This document shows, in pieces, positions 62,442 through 64,000 of a DNA stretch of 64,000 bases (positions within the stretch are counted from its first letter, which is position 1; every line of letters starts with the position of its first letter). The position numbers were made by a program, and so were the translations under genes. The stretch is from assembly GCA_965214775.1 (NCBI GenBank), contig OZ243974.1:1792001-1856000 (forward strand), read 5' to 3'. The stretch is from Nitrosopumilus sp. Lineage in GTDB: Archaea > Thermoproteota > Nitrososphaeria > Nitrososphaerales > Nitrosopumilaceae. The notes under the pieces were generated by a model that saw only the letters and a program-made list of their open reading frames with translations, was not told the DNA's origin and did no database searches.

Positions 62442-62538
62442 CATATATGACAGGAAGGCCACAGATGCAATCAGGTAGAGCGGCCCGAAATGGATGAAGA
62501 GCGATACCAAGAATAACGGACCTGATTTTCATATAACA
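62442..62538 (+). repeat. Dispersed non-coding repeat, copy 2 (see 4855-4966)
   Basis: CATATATGACAGGAAGGCCACAGATG…TAACGGACCTGATTTTCATATAACA. Confidence 0.7.
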
Positions 62539-63023
62539 CATCAACGGATTCAAGTAAAAAAATTGAGTTGTGGTACGAGGTCACCTACCCCCATCAGCTA
62601 GGCACGGATTAGCGTGCATGATTGTAATTTTCGTGCCTAGATGGTAGGGGGACGTGACCACATACGAGTTGTGCAACAAATTATCGAATTCGATATTTTT
62701 AATAACCGAACATGGCTTAGCTTTGACATAATAATGAATGTGTTATATGCGATATGGCATCCTCGCCAATGCCCTAGTGATGGCTGGGCAGGTGGAGGAG
62801 GAAGAGGAGATGGGGGGGGGGTGGCAGACCCAGGCCCCGCTGTCGTGGCAAGAAGAGGACGGCCTCGTCCGGGCGGCTGTGATACATTGGTATTCAGTCC
62901 GGATCCTGGCGGCATGAGGAGGGCCTGTATGCGGCGGATCTGCATGTATACGTCCTGCGTCATACTGCTTGTGCAAAACGGCAAGCCAGCTACACGGGAG
63001 GGAATAGCGCCCGAGTCAGGAGA

Positions 63024-64000
63024 ATGTGGAGGCGGAGAAGGGGAAGTAGGAGGTGGCCTGCCATAGCTGACACACGGCATCACCCATTCCATCGGGCCCC
63101 GGCAGGAATATCTTCCATACACTTGGTGTTCATTGCGGCCGCCGTCCTGGGCCTTGCCTCCGCCGGTGCCCTGCATGGGGAGGAGGCACATGCGCAGCAA
63201 AGCGAGATCGCAGTAGTCGCCGTCGGCAATATGGGAGATAACAGTACCCTGCTGCTTGACGGTGCCCGCGGCGTGGATACGTTTACGATAGGCAGCAACA
63301 CCTACGCCGCAGTTGTCTCTGAAGGCGACAGTGGCATCCAGATCGTAGACGTCACCGATCCTGCAACCCCGACTGCCGTAGGGAATCTGGAGGATGGCAC
63401 CTCTACGCGGCTTCTTGGCGCCCAAGGCGTGGCCGTCTTTACCATAGGCAGCAACACCTACGCCGTAGTGACCTCCTACGACGTTGACTCCGATAACAGC
63501 GGCATCCAAATTGTGAGCGTCACCGATCCTACAACCCCTACCGCCGTCGGGGATCTGGGTGATGACAACTCTAGGGAGCTTAACGGCGCCCAAGGCGTGG
63601 CCGTCTTTACCATAGGCAGCAACACCTACGCTGCAGTGGCCTCCGTCGCGGACCACGGTCTCCAGCTAGTCGATGTCACCGATCCTACAACCCCTACCGC
63701 CGTCGGGGATCTGGGTGATGGTGGCTCCACGCTACTCAGAGGCGCCTCCGGCGTGGCCGTCTTTACGACAGGCAGCAACACCTACGCCGCAGTGACCTCC
63801 TACAATGAAGACGGCCTCCAGATCGTAGACGTTACCGATCCTACAACCCCTACCGGCGTTGGGAATCTGGGTGATGGTGGCTCCCTGGAGCTTGACGGGC
63901 CTCGTGGTGTGGATGTCTTTACCATAGGCAGCAACACCTACGCCGCAGTGGCCTCCTGGCTTGACGACGGCCTCCAGATCGTAGACGTTACCGATCCTAC
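63024..64000 (+). CDS. Secreted LVIVD-repeat (beta-propeller) protein, runs off the window; missing from the ORF track
   Basis: ATG 63024 after AGGAGA; hydrophobic signal ending AHA; repeated GVAVFTIGSNTYAAV…GLQIVDVTDPTTPTAVGDL units of ~47-50 aa. Confidence 0.88.
   Translation, partial: MWRRRRGSRRWPAIADTRHHPFHRAPAGISSIHLVFIAAAVLGLASAGALHGEEAHAQQSEIAVVAVGNMGDNSTLLLDGARGVDTFTIGSNTYAAVVSEGDSGIQIVDVTDPATPTAVGNLEDGTSTRLLGAQGVAVFTIGSNTYAVVTSYDVDSDNSGIQIVSVTDPTTPTAVGDLGDDNSRELNGAQGVAVFTIGSNTYAAVASVADHGLQLVDVTDPTTPTAVGDLGDGGSTLLRGASGVAVFTTGSNTYAAVTSYNEDGLQIVDVTDPTTPTGVGNLGDGGSLELDGPRGVDVFTIGSNTYAAVASWLDDGLQIVDVTDP

Noticed and set aside
62637-63656. 339-aa minus-strand ORF
   Set aside because: Antisense shadow of the plus-strand LVIVD-repeat gene.

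Overview
Chromosomal segment of an ammonia-oxidising archaeon (Nitrosopumilaceae). Evidence: acetyl/propionyl-CoA carboxylase of the 3HP/4HB cycle, an Fe-ADH/LLM pair, PEFG-CTERM and CFI-box-CTERM surface proteins, and an unsplit rpoA. Core blocks (tRNA-His, acc operon, rps13-rps4, troABCD-like ABC transporter, larB-mdh-larC-larE-iscS, rpoH-B-A) are separated by a very heavy load of IS elements (IS481, two IS66, an IS110 fragment, ISH3, several IS5 groups, an IS630 relic) and at least five MITE families whose inverted repeats match those IS. This load, the simple-repeat expansions and a GC-rich LVIVD-repeat surface protein suggest a host-associated lineage (inference). The most unusual stretch is the 19.0-29.6 kb island: Fic protein, duplicated pilin-like/2TM cassette, a 2TM-PIN fusion, a structured RNA candidate followed by a degenerate tRNA, and a truncated HD-dNTPase/YwgA-like pair. 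Also notable are an amber codon shared by both IS66 transposases and a DUF488 module between the IS66 copies. All calls come from reading the sequence; no searches were run.
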